DNA of 64,000 bases from Pseudovirgaria hyperparasitica (taxonomy: Eukaryota): NCBI GenBank assembly GCA_010093815.1, contig ML996579.1; one strand, 5' to 3'. The notes beneath the pieces were generated by a model, which saw only the letters and a list, made by a program, of their open reading frames with translations, had not been told where the DNA came from and ran no database searches. Both the position numbers and the translations under genes were made by a program. Position 1 is the first letter of the stretch, and each line of letters begins with the position of its first letter. Of the stretch, positions 24,624 through 35,963 are shown piece after piece.

Positions 24624-25934
24624 ATGGCGGCCAGTATGCGTCTCCCGCGCATTCCTTTCTTCCGCATCTGGTACAGCACTACATATACTATCCTATTCTT
24701 GATATTGCTCGTCCTCCTCGCCGTCATTCCCGCCGATCATATCTACCAAGCCATACGCTTCGGCAGCAGGAAGAACGCTTTTGTAATTGCTGGTATTGAA
24801 GTCATTACTGCTCTGCTTGCGATCTCCGTATACGCGACACGTCTATACACCAACCGTACTGTCCTCAATTCGATACCGAAGCCATACATACCTGTAGAAG
24901 CTGGGGAAGTAGGCGAGAATGTGCGTCGCGTCATTGCGCGAAATCTGGAGCGGAGCGCTTTGATCGCATGGGATACGAGACCCAGAGATATCCGGCCCGA
25001 GATTCAAGAGAATGGTACAACTGGTAGACGACTGTCGGATAACGAGAGGAAATCGTCTAGGTGGAAGAAGAGGAGCCATGCAAGACCGGCAACTATCGTA
25101 CCAATCAGTCCAGGTGACCCTCCATGGGGTCACATTTCGCACCCGGGATGGTCTCGTCCGGACTCGGAAGACCTGCCTGAGCTCCAGTACTGGATGGTCG
25201 TGACCGAGCTTCCCAACTTGATTGAAGCCAAAGCTGTATCTTTGGCGCCGCCGGATTTGTTCTTGAGAGGGCTCGGCCAGCCTGGAGAAAGCATTCCTGA
25301 TGCCCGTATTGTTGCTTTACTTCAACGGCCGTCTTCCATGGGTCTTCGCGATTATCTTGGTCGATTGGCATCATTCAATCTTATAAGCCCACCCGAGGTC
25401 AGCGCCCAATTTCTTGCGCAGTATGAATACGCGCGCTTCTCTACTTTCAACCTGACTGAGAAAGAGTTTCGAAGTCTGATGGACATCTTTGCGGACTTAC
25501 TGAGCGGCATGACAGATCTTGATCCGGTGCTTATCGCGCAAATTCAGGCAGAGTCAGACACCTTCAGCTCGTCTTCTGGTACATCTTTTGTCGCTTACAA
25601 CCATTCTACGCACCAGTCAAGCCTTCCAGATAATAGTTCTGCTTACAGCGATGGCGCCTCCACCAATTCTGATGCTGCTAGTCCTACTACGATGAGGACG
25701 GCACCGTCGCAAAGGCGCGATGCAAGCTCAAACTATCCAGGCATATCGAGGACTGAGAGTGCCTCGACGATTTCACTCGGATCCGTCCGTATACATCCAG
25801 TCTCTGAAAGAGGCCAAGCGGAAAGTTTTACCTCTTCGACATCCTCTATACGATCGGCTCAATCAGTCATCAGGCTGACCCCCTCACCTAGCTTGGGGGA
25901 CCGACCCTTTCAGTTCACATTCAACAATGGTTGA
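24624..25934 (+). CDS. DLT1: Defect at low temperature protein 1 (Dlt1)-like membrane protein
   Basis: Two N-terminal hydrophobic segments, then RLYTNRTVLNSIPKPYIPV, ISHPGWS and YEYARFS. The family is recalled from the motif pattern. Confidence 0.75.
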   Translation: MAASMRLPRIPFFRIWYSTTYTILFLILLVLLAVIPADHIYQAIRFGSRKNAFVIAGIEVITALLAISVYATRLYTNRTVLNSIPKPYIPVEAGEVGENVRRVIARNLERSALIAWDTRPRDIRPEIQENGTTGRRLSDNERKSSRWKKRSHARPATIVPISPGDPPWGHISHPGWSRPDSEDLPELQYWMVVTELPNLIEAKAVSLAPPDLFLRGLGQPGESIPDARIVALLQRPSSMGLRDYLGRLASFNLISPPEVSAQFLAQYEYARFSTFNLTEKEFRSLMDIFADLLSGMTDLDPVLIAQIQAESDTFSSSSGTSFVAYNHSTHQSSLPDNSSAYSDGASTNSDAASPTTMRTAPSQRRDASSNYPGISRTESASTISLGSVRIHPVSERGQAESFTSSTSSIRSAQSVIRLTPSPSLGDRPFQFTFNNG

Positions 25935-26019
25935 CGTAGCAAATCAGCTGTGTTCTCATGGCAAGCCAAAAGTACGCCACACATCTATTCGTCTATGAAT
26001 TGAATGGATCGAACGCTAC

Positions 26020-27221
26020 TTACCAGCTGGTAAGTTGCCTTTCTCTATCAAACCCACCTCTTAGCTGACTCTGGGGCTTTACAACCTTACCCTGGAGAAC
26101 CGTGTATCTGATGATATTCTCACAGTCCTCCGGCCGCACCCTCGCAAGCCAGATACACTGCCCGGCCTCTCTCGACGCCTCTACCACCGCTGGCGTCTCG
26201 ACACTTGGATCATCTTCGCCCATGGTCACAGCTGGTACAGCTTTCACACCATTCTCGCTTGTAGCAGTCCCTGCATTCTCCTCCTCCACGACCGACGTCT
26301 TCCGCTCGTGCACACTCTCCCGCCCCATGCCCGCGCGCCGATAAATCATGACGTTCGCCGAAAACTTATGGCCACCAACATGGCTAATGAAGTAAATACC
26401 GACGCCACCAGGCCTCTCGTCTGTCAAATCACGATACATGCCCAGTGGACGTAGATGCCTCTCAAACTCCCTCCGCAATAGCGGCGCCGATTGTCCACAG
26501 CGTGCATCGCGTGTTTTCTGGCTACACAGCAAGATCAGGTAGTCGTGTGGACACGGACGCGACCTGAGTGGCGAGTCGACTGGAAGAGCAGGTATAGAGT
26601 TGTGAGCCAGTGGCGTAGTATTCGTTGGTCCGGCATTCACGAAATGTGTTATGAGGTCGGGGACTGTGGACGGGGTGACGTTGTCGATGAGGGTGAAGGC
26701 AGGGAGAAGGAGGACGGTCGAGGGCGTTTCGTGTGTGTTGTTGGGGTAGTCGCAGTGGTCGGGGCGAGGCATATTCGAGGCGGACAGCATGAGTTTCTGC
26801 GGTCGGAGTTAGCTGCGCCTTTGCACATATACACATGTAGTGCTCTCTCTCAAGATCTAGAGCAGTCTAGAGCTGGAACACATACCCCATTCACAGCCTT
26901 GACATCCCCCTTATCCACCGCCTCCATCACACTACCCTTCTCATCCGCCACATCACGCACCCAATCGCTCTTCCCCGTGCCCACAATCAAGTGTGTACTC
27001 CACCCCTTGACATGCCCGTACAGCTTCTCCGTCTCGTCAATGCTGAACTTGGCCGGGTATTTGATCGTGCATGTCGAGCAGTCTTGCAGACACTCTGGCC
27101 CGTCGACGGCTTCGTTTGTGACTTCGAATAATTTGTCTTCCGTGGGGGCTTTTGTAAATGAGAGGGAGGCTTTGCGGTCACGCGTCTTGACGTTCCAGAA
27201 GAGGGTTTTGAGGGCAGACAT
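26020..27221 (-). CDS. Sucrase/ferredoxin-like (thioredoxin-like ferredoxin, Apd1/Aim32 family), 2 exons
   Basis: LILLCSQKTRDARCGQSAP and ISHVGGHKFSANVMIY (Cys2-His2 [2Fe-2S] ligand pattern). Exon 1 MSALKTLFW...HLIVGTGKSDWVRDV. Confidence 0.9.
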
Positions 27222-28221
27222 TTTGTGGCTTGCTTGATAGGATGGGATGGGAATGGTAGAACAGAAGAAGTGGAGGGAGGGGCCGCGAGGATGGCGGTAG
27301 GAGGCAACAGTGTCGCGCGGAGTGTGTAGGTACGTATAATGTATAATAATAATCAAGGCACGTTATCAATGTTCGCAGCGCGCGCAATTGAATTGAATGC
27401 TGCACGCAAAATGACGTCGTCGTGCAAAGAGACAAGATCAGATAAAAAAGTAGTGGTTGGGAGTTATCAGATCTTGGCTGGGCAGGGGAGCTTCAAGGTC
27501 TTAAAATAAGTTTCGGGGGCTACCTAATGATAGCTGGTGGTAATAGTAACTAGTTCTTTTTGAATTTATGCTACCTGCGGGAGACGCTCGGAGAGGATTC
27601 GTAATTGCGACTCGTGCACGCGATATGTGCTGCTGATTGGAACCTTACCGTGCTGAATTGAATGGATCCGGATTGTAATAGCAGTTGTTGGTTAACGCCG
27701 AGAACTGCGAGCTCGAGACGCGTCGGTAGACAAGGTCGGGATTCAATCGGTCAAGAACCATAATGCTCGTCGCTTGCGCTGGACCTTTGTCGCCCCTGTA
27801 CCATGCAATCGGGATTTGATTCGTCGTGGCTATGAACTTCTCTGGAATACTGTTTCTGCAAATGGCTAATATCATACACAAGCCAGGGTTTGTTTACCAG
27901 AAGGATCTGCCTACCTGTGCGCTGTTGTGTTGATGAATGACGGTCCTACGGCTTCCCATGACGGGTAGTTTTGCCGAGCGAGACTGCCGCGTTCGGAGAT
28001 CGCGCTAATGTCCGAGCTGTCTTGTCCGAGCCATGAACGACACATTCACATCACCCAAGACCATCAGGTGTGATACCTGCGGGATACGACACTAACGGCT
28101 CAAATGATGTTTTATTGTTGTGATGCGGCTGGTCGACACAATGGCAGGCGACTTTGAATCACCGACCCACGATGGCTAGAGAAAGTTGGCCACATCACGT
28201 TCGAAGAAGACGGAAAGCGAT

Positions 28222-29439
28222 ATGCCGCCTCCGCGAGTAAAAGGCTTCTTTGGAGCACCGGTTGCCAGGGATCTCAAGTGGGATGAGAATCTACTGTTTG
28301 ATACTTTCCAACTATCGTACACAGTCCTCAAGGATATCCTGGAGGGCCAGTCTTCCTCATCAGGACTATATACAGCAGAACCACTCAGTACACATTCAGT
28401 ATCAACGACGAAATGGCGAAGTGTAGCTACAAATCCAAATATATGCCTACCTACCGGTTTAACCCAACCAACGGGTTTCTATCAGGATCATGAGACTTTA
28501 TCCAACGACCCAGCTGTCCATCGTTCCGGCATCTCTCTCCCGTATATGTCGACATCCTTTGCAAGCACAATCTCCTCGAGCGAACCCGAACAGCCAGTTT
28601 CCCCATCGTGCCTCCGCCACTCGTTCAAATTCCACGAACGCATCACAGCCGCCCATCTTACGCAGACCCAAGACGTCACCTCATTCATCAGCGCCCCATC
28701 CTTCACCTCTCTTGGCGACACGACTCTCGACGCAACGCTTTTTCCCTCAACATCTTCGCTCCCGGCCTTGCAGCTCCATCCAAGTCTGACTAACACGCCT
28801 CTTTCTGCACTTCCATCAGCTGCACGCCTGGACGCCTTACAGCCACAGACACCAACCGCAACACTTCTTGTAGCCGTGCTCAGCACTACGATACGATCCA
28901 TTATCATCAAGCGCAAGCCATCAAAGCGGTCGCGCCGAACTGAGCCATCAGAACCCGTTGAGCGACATCTTATCGATCTTCTTGTCGCAGATCAGTCGCG
29001 TGCAGGGTTCAAATGCACGTTCTGGTTGCCGCCATCGACGTCCTTATCGTCACCCCTGATGGAGATAGAGGCTCACATGTCACCTATTGACATTCCGCTC
29101 ACAAGCATATCTTCGCTGCGTCGGGGGTGCATAGTTCTGATTCGGTGCATTGCACTGGCAAGTTATGATGGCTCTGTGTACGCACAGAGCCTGAATCCAT
29201 ATCTGACGAAGATGAAGACGAGTATAGATTTACTAGTCGACGCAGATGGGAGGGATCGGGTCGAGGTAATAGATCCAGTGTGGCGAAGCAGGATTGGAGA
29301 GACGAGAGAGTGGGTAAAGACATACGTGGGAGGGGCTGGTACGAAAAGGAAGGCCAGGGAGGATAGGACAAAAGACAGGGTAAAGGTTAAGATGAAGAGG
29401 TTCGAGGAGGACTTGCCACCAGACGAGAGTGTGCTCTGA
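28222..29439 (+). CDS. OB-fold nucleic-acid-binding protein (SHLD2/RPA-like OB domain in the C-terminal half)
   Basis: TATLLVAVLS...LIDLLVADQSRAGFKCTFWL...LRRGCIVLIRCIALASYDGSVYAQSL matches an OB-fold strand pattern. The N-terminal half is S/T-rich and probably disordered. Confidence 0.6.
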   Translation: MPPPRVKGFFGAPVARDLKWDENLLFDTFQLSYTVLKDILEGQSSSSGLYTAEPLSTHSVSTTKWRSVATNPNICLPTGLTQPTGFYQDHETLSNDPAVHRSGISLPYMSTSFASTISSSEPEQPVSPSCLRHSFKFHERITAAHLTQTQDVTSFISAPSFTSLGDTTLDATLFPSTSSLPALQLHPSLTNTPLSALPSAARLDALQPQTPTATLLVAVLSTTIRSIIIKRKPSKRSRRTEPSEPVERHLIDLLVADQSRAGFKCTFWLPPSTSLSSPLMEIEAHMSPIDIPLTSISSLRRGCIVLIRCIALASYDGSVYAQSLNPYLTKMKTSIDLLVDADGRDRVEVIDPVWRSRIGETREWVKTYVGGAGTKRKAREDRTKDRVKVKMKRFEEDLPPDESVL

Positions 29440-31123
29440 TTGCAAGATACCATCTTCCTCGTCAGATCGCTGAACAGCTGGCTTCTACGCCAAGTTGAGA
29501 AGGCGTCAGCATAGAGTGAGGCTACACGACCTTCACCCGTAACCCGTAACATACGGATCCACCACCTGAGCTCCACGTACTCACTGTGCCGTCAATGGCT
29601 GATGCCTGTTTGCGTGGTCAATGAGTCAACAACTGTTCTTCGACCTTTACGTATACTGTTTCTAGGCAGAGCATCGTCGATGGACAAGGTCTCGCTGAAT
29701 TTTTGCCATGGCCGGGATCTCAGGTCATGACTAGATCGGCAAGCATGGAATCTCCACTGAGCTGAGAGACCGCCCCTGTCGGAGGGTGGTTTGCGTGCGC
29801 CAACTCAACAATGTGCGTCATCTATATCGATTAATCTCACTGGTCAGAAGCAGCAAGCATGGAAGAAAGAGTGACGACAAACAATTCCGTCCGCTGTCGT
29901 CAGATTCATCTTATATTGGTTTGCTTTTTGTATTATCTTCCAGGATCAGGCATTTTTGTAAACATGAATGAAGCCTCTAACGCAATAGGCATGGTCGCCA
30001 AGATTAGTCAGGTGTCAACGCGTCCGAACGGCAAATTAGCGTTCGCGGACTCTGTTGTCTACTTCCGCGTCGGTACACCGCCACGAATCTGTAAATTGTA
30101 CAGTATGAAGCGTACAAAAAAGATGTATCATAGCACAGCATGTGTTGGGCAGGGAAGAGTCGGAGAGGCTGAGGCTACTATTACCAGGAGCCGCGCACGA
30201 CGCTCCGAGCCCATCGTTGGCGCACACCGCTCTTCAAGAACCCGAAGGCTCCAAGGGAGGGGTTTAGGCGCCTAGCCCGGACCTGTTTCAGGCTTCTTTG
30301 CTATTTCACTTAGTGTTAATTGAGTACTGTGGGGTTTTCTTTGCAGTTCGTGATCCAGCGGGACTCTCCACCTCGCGACTTCACCTCACGTCCCTGTACC
30401 TCACGTCTCTTCACCTCACCCCTACGGATAGTTTAATATAGTAACGACCTCGTTCAGCAGAAGACACTGCAAAGAACGACCAGCTGTTCAGCAGTCAAAG
30501 ACTGTGTAACCTCGCAGCCTTCTTCACAGCCCTCCTGCCTCTCGTATATCTACCTCAGCCATCTCAACTCAACCATCTTTCCTACACCTCACTCATATCT
30601 TACTCTTCAACTACCTTCCCTCTATCTATCTTTGTTAGGTCATCAAACGGCTTATCGCTACATACCAAACAGCCAATCGGCCTGGTTTGCTTCGAAAAGA
30701 TACCGTTCGTGTTGACTTTACCACAGTGAGTATTTACTTCTTGAACTCTCAGCTCCCCAATCTGCCCTCCTCTGATTGCCATCTTACTTTCATGTTTCCA
30801 TTTCAAGGTTGTCACATACACATAACTTTCTTCAGCTTATGATATTCTTTGCTATCACAGCTATCTGGCCAGCTCGAACAATCTTGACCAAGTTTCTAAC
30901 TTCACTTTTGTTACGTGCTATCACTCACTTGAAGGTGCTAACGTGGCGCAGGAACGTGAACGACTACTTTCCAACTTCAGGTGCTCAGCGAATGCCTTAG
31001 TCTTAAGACATCAGATCTTTCTACTAGGGACAGTCAACGCACATCTCGAGAGCAAATCTAATCAGTTCTTCTAAAGCCCTCCGCTTCTCATTTGGGAAGA
31101 TAAGTTAAGACACCAAATCAATC

Positions 31124-34100
31124 ATGGCTGATCGTGGTCGTGGTCGTGGTGGCGGCAGAGGTAGAGGCGGATCTGATGGTCCGCCGCGGGGTGGTTTCCA
31201 AGACCGGGGAGGGCACCGGGGAGATAGGGGAGGTGATCGGGGAGGAGGAAGAGGTGATCGGGGAGGAGGAAGAGGTGATCGGGGAGGAGGAAGAGGTGAT
31301 CGTGGAGCGTTTCGAGGAAGAGGCGGGGATAGAGGCGGCTATGGTGGTGGTGGCCGTGGAGGAGGAGCAGGTGGTGGTGGTGGATCGTTGATCTTCCAGT
31401 AAGTCGACATAGGTCGAATGTGTATCCAGTGCTAATAAGTCTTGTAGGCAGGGTTCTATTACAGCTCCTGATGCTGGCGTCGATGCTCACGAGAACAACA
31501 TCGTGGCTGGAGAACTGTCGACTTCACTGTCGAAAATGACGATTGGCGAGGATGCCATATCTTTGCCGTTCCGGCCCGGCTGGGGTGATCGAGGGAGAAG
31601 TATTGTTGTTCGGACTAACTATTTCCAAGTAAAGCCGTCCAAGGATGTGGTTCACTACGCTTACACTGTCGGGTCTACCCCCGAGGAGACTAGCAAACGT
31701 AAACGGCGCCGCGTCATCGAACTTGTACTTCAGAAGCCGTATTTCCAAGGAGTGACATGGGCCAGTGATTATGCCAATTGGATAATCACTTCGAAGAAGT
31801 TGACACTGCCGAACGACAGAGATGCGTTTCCACTCGTCTATCACGACATTGACGAGGACGCATTTAGTGCTCCTACTGCTGGAGAGGCACCAGCCATTAC
31901 GGCAGCTCGTAATCGCCGGACTCGTCAGATAACCCTGCAACTACTAACGACACTGAGCGTCAACGACATCATGGGATATCTGAATGCGAGTACGGCTAGC
32001 ACGTTCTACGCGAACAAACCAGAGGCTATTCAGGCGATCAACATCATCTTGAATCAGCATGCGATTTCATCGCAAGGGGTTGTCGTTGTTGGTGGAAACA
32101 AGTACTTCCCAACCCAGGGTCCGCTCCTTGAACAAATGACCTTGAGCGGAGGACTAGTGGCCATCCGCGGCTACTTCTCTTCGCTTCGGACCTCAAATAT
32201 GAGACTATTGTTGAATGTAAATGTAGCTGCGGCTGCATTCTTCCAACCTGGCCCGCTAATCGACCTCATGACAGCGTTTAGACAGCACAGTTTCCGCGGT
32301 CAGGCGAGCCCTCAGCTCTACTCTGCAATGACGGACTTCATACAAGGCCTGAGAGTGACTACGTCGTACCTCAAAAAAATCGACAGGAGCGGGAAACAAG
32401 TCCTCGACAGCAATCGCAAGCCGATTCCTATCAACAAAATCAGGACTATCGCAAAACGCCCGTTCGTGTACGGGCCCGGGCCCAGGCTCGCACAGTCCTG
32501 TATGGATGCCAAGTTCGACTGGACGGATGTGAACGGAACTACCACCAACATCTCTATAGAGCAATACTTCTTACGTATGCATAACATTACACTAAGGGTC
32601 CCACAAGCACCAGCAATCAATTGCGGAACTGTCGATCGTCCAAACCTCATACCATCAGAGCTATTGACGGTCTTGCCGGGGCAGCCTATTGGGGGTCTCC
32701 TGGAGCCAAGTCAGACTGCAGAAATTCTGAGGTTTGCGGCAAGAAAGCCTGGTGAGAATGCCACTTCGATCACAACTCGAGGACTCCAGGTCTTGGGTTT
32801 GAACAACCCGACCAGCCAGCCCTCGGTCAGCAAATTTGGCCTAAGTGTTAGCACTCAGATGATCACGGTTCACGCACGCATTCATAATCCACCCAAGGTC
32901 AACTATGCTGGTAACAAGGTGGCTGAGGTTTCTGGAGCTTCGTGGAACCTCCGAGGAGTCAAGTTTTTCAAAGGGGCCACCGTCCCAAAGTGGGGTCTCC
33001 TGGTCCTCAATGACAAGAATCGGCCAATGTCAGTGCAGACAGCCTCTCTCATGGGCACGTTTTTAAAACAATTCCAACTATACGGGCTGAAGGCCAGTCC
33101 GATAGATCCGAAATGCACGCGCAGCACGAATTACGACTTCGGGGTCAACAATAGGAAACAGGGGGATGCACTCCTCAAAAACGAATTTGCCGGATTTGAA
33201 AAGGCAGGCGTAAGATTTATGTTGATCATCTTGGGATCTCAAGATGCTCACACATATTCCCGACTCAAATTCTATGGCGATGTCAAGTTTGGCATCGCCA
33301 CCCAGGCAATGGTTGGTGAGAAGCTCCTCAACGAGAGGGGTCAAATTGGCTATATCGCAAATGTTATCGCCAAGATAAATCTCAAGCTGGGAGGCATCAA
33401 CCAATTCGTGAAACTGGAAGAGCTAGCCCCCGTTGACTCCAAAACGATCGTGTTTGGCCTGGATGTGTCGCATCCCTCCCCGAAGAGCTCAAAGGGAGCA
33501 CCCAGCGTCGCAGCCATCGTAGCATCGGTAGACTCCTTTTTTGGACAGCTACCTGGCGACATTCGAGCCCAAAGATCTCGACGAGAGATGATCGACGGTC
33601 TTGAAGAGCTTGTTGTGGATCGTTTGAGGTTCTGGTCTTCGAAGAATTCCGGCGAGCTGCCCAACAAAGTTGTCGTGTTCCGGGATGGCGTTTCTGAGGG
33701 CCAGTATAGGCAAGTCCTCGAAGTCGAAGAAGCAGCTTTCCAAAAAGCCTTCGACAAGCTTTACAAGGTCAAACCCAAAATCACCTACATTGTCGTCGGC
33801 AAAAGGCACCACACTCGGTTCTACCCAACGAAGCCCGAAGACGGCGATAGAAACGGCAACACTCTCCCAGGTACCGTCGTCGACAGAGGCATTGGAATGG
33901 AGCGGGGTTGGGACTTATTCGTCCAGCCTCATTCGGGTCTCCAAGGAACAGTTCGACCTGCACACTACATTGTTCTCAAAGACCAGATTGGCTTCAAGGC
34001 CAATCAGCTCGAGCAAGTCCTCATCAACATGGCTCATACCTTTGGTCGCGCGACGAAGGCCGTCAGCATCGCCCCAGGGGCATACAATGCTGATCTGATC

Positions 34101-34232
34101 GCTGAGCGGGGTCGTGCCTTTTTGCACTCGTCAATGAACGATAGCAACCAGGGAACGGACTTCAACTGGCAGACCGCGGAATGGACTCGTGGCGTGCACG
34201 ATCGGCTCAAGAACACCATGTTCTACACCTAA
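31124..34232 (+). CDS. Argonaute (QDE-2-like) with N-terminal RGG tail, PAZ, MID and PIWI domains, 2 coding exons
   Basis: RPGWG..G..I.V.TNYF, RGYFSSLR, PSELL.VLPGQ, KINLKLGGIN, FGLDVSHP, FRDGVSEGQ, VVGKRHHTRF, QGTVRPAHY, RATKAVSI and VHDRLKNTMFY. Intron ~31399-31451. Confidence 0.97.
31232..31303 (+). repeat. 21-bp coding tandem repeat encoding (GDRGGGR)n of the Argonaute RGG tail
   Basis: GGTGATCGGGGAGGAGGAAGA repeated 3 times, followed by a partial copy. Confidence 0.9.
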
Positions 34233-35404
34233 GAATAGACACACTGCGCAGAAGCCGCTGCTGATGTATGTCGGCATTGGTGCGATGATCACCATCATCA
34301 TCGTCGTTGTCAGTGGTGGCCACGTGGTGTATCTCTCGGCCTCTTCTTCAGCACAAACGCCTAAACGTCAATTCGGATTTCCTTCGCTCGTTATACCCTC
34401 GGTCAAACTTACACATGAACTCAGCCCCAAATAAAACAAAACACCGAAAAAAAGCCTTAACACTTACACATTCCCGGCCTTCACACAAGGCCTCAATTTC
34501 AAAGAATGGAGGAACAAGAGAACAGACAACATGCAAAGCCGCACATCACTCTAGATTGTTGTGTATGTGTGTGCTTGCAAGCATGCAAAGATTCATATTT
34601 GTTAACGACGCTGCGTCGTCGTTGTCATCGTCGTCCTCGTCTTGATCTATCAAATATGTTCTTTTGATTGACAGACAAACAGACGAGACAGACGAGACGA
34701 GACCGCTGCTCAGTCCACTCGCTTGCGTTACCTCCTTTTTTCGTTTTGCTATCTTCCTCTTATCTTTCTTTTTTGTTCTCCTTTCCTTTCCGTTCCTTCT
34801 CTTCTGGACCTTCTTTTATGCCGAATATTGAGTGGAAACAGAGAGATGATTTACTTGAATTTTCCTTGATGATGATGTTGGAAGTTTTGGGGCACTACAA
34901 TGAGGAAATTTTGGGATTTTCGTTCGCTGGGACTTTATAGTGATTGGAATTAGGAAAACATAACAAATGAAGAAAAAAATTCGTGGTGGAATTGTGTGCT
35001 TTGTTGTAGGTGTGAGCGTATATGCGTTGTGACATGTATATCTATCTACCTGCTCGATCGAACAAAGCGATATCCGAGAGCACTAAAGATGTTGAACAGA
35101 TCGGTCAAAGACGCGCTGAGACTCCGTCTCGCCTCACAAGTCTGATTAATTCACATGACTTGTCCACACGAATCTACAGCCGCTGGATAAAATCCCCAGA
35201 TAAATCCCAACACAATCAACGCACCACCACCACGACTACCACAACAACACGTTAAGGAAATATACCTCACCTCAGCAAACACTATACCCAACGATTGTGA
35301 TACTCACCCGAATGGCGCTACAAGAAGTCAACCAGGCATGAGAAGACGAACCACAAACCGTAAACCGGAACATCGATAATCTAATGTATAGTTACAGACT
35401 GGTG

Positions 35405-35443
35405 GTAGGTAGGTAGGTAGGTAGGTAGGTAGGTAGGTAGGTA
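35405..35443. repeat. (GTAG)n microsatellite
   Basis: About 9-10 tandem GTAG units. Confidence 0.95.
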
Positions 35444-35509
35444 TGTAACAAAGACTAATTATATCCTATTTCATGTCCATGCGGGCCTTTCCTTCCATTC
35501 CAAAGCGCA

Positions 35510-35580
35510 ATCCATCCATCCATCCATCCATCCATCCATCCATCCATCCATCCATCCATCCATCCATCCACACACACACA
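35510..35580. repeat. (CCAT)n microsatellite followed by (CA)n
   Basis: About 15 ATCC units, then cacacacacaca. Confidence 0.95.
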
Positions 35581-35963
35581 TCCCTGCTTGGTTTACACAG
35601 CATACACGGCTCTCCCTTCCTCTTCTTGCCCCTCTTACATTCTCGCTTTCTCAAACAATCGCATCATGCACGCATGCTCGCTCGTCATTAGCGGGGGTGC
35701 AAACAAGACAAGAAAGAAAAAACAACCGCTCTTTCTTCATTCTATGGAAAAAAAATACCCCGGCAGATAAGATACCAACTCGACTCACTCACAACCCAAA
35801 CAAAGCGTCTCAACGCGGAAAGAGGAAGGGACTTGGCTGACTGACTGATCGGGCTCAGTTTCCGCGCGTGTCAATCGATGCCTATGGACAGAACCTTAAT
35901 TAGAAAACAGGACTCTATGTCTTTCTTCCTTTTCATTTGGCAAAGGGAGGGACGGTCGCGGAT

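Noticed and set aside
26491..27237. Long antisense ORFs (e.g. 26491-27237+, 19767-20408+, 39362-39988+, 62412-63023+)
   Set aside because: These are shadow ORFs opposite well-supported genes, expected from codon bias.
27645..27881. Minus-strand 78-aa ORF flanked by splice-like signals as a hidden gene
   Set aside because: The plausible upstream splice creates a stop, and no family motif is recognisable. A degraded relic cannot be excluded.
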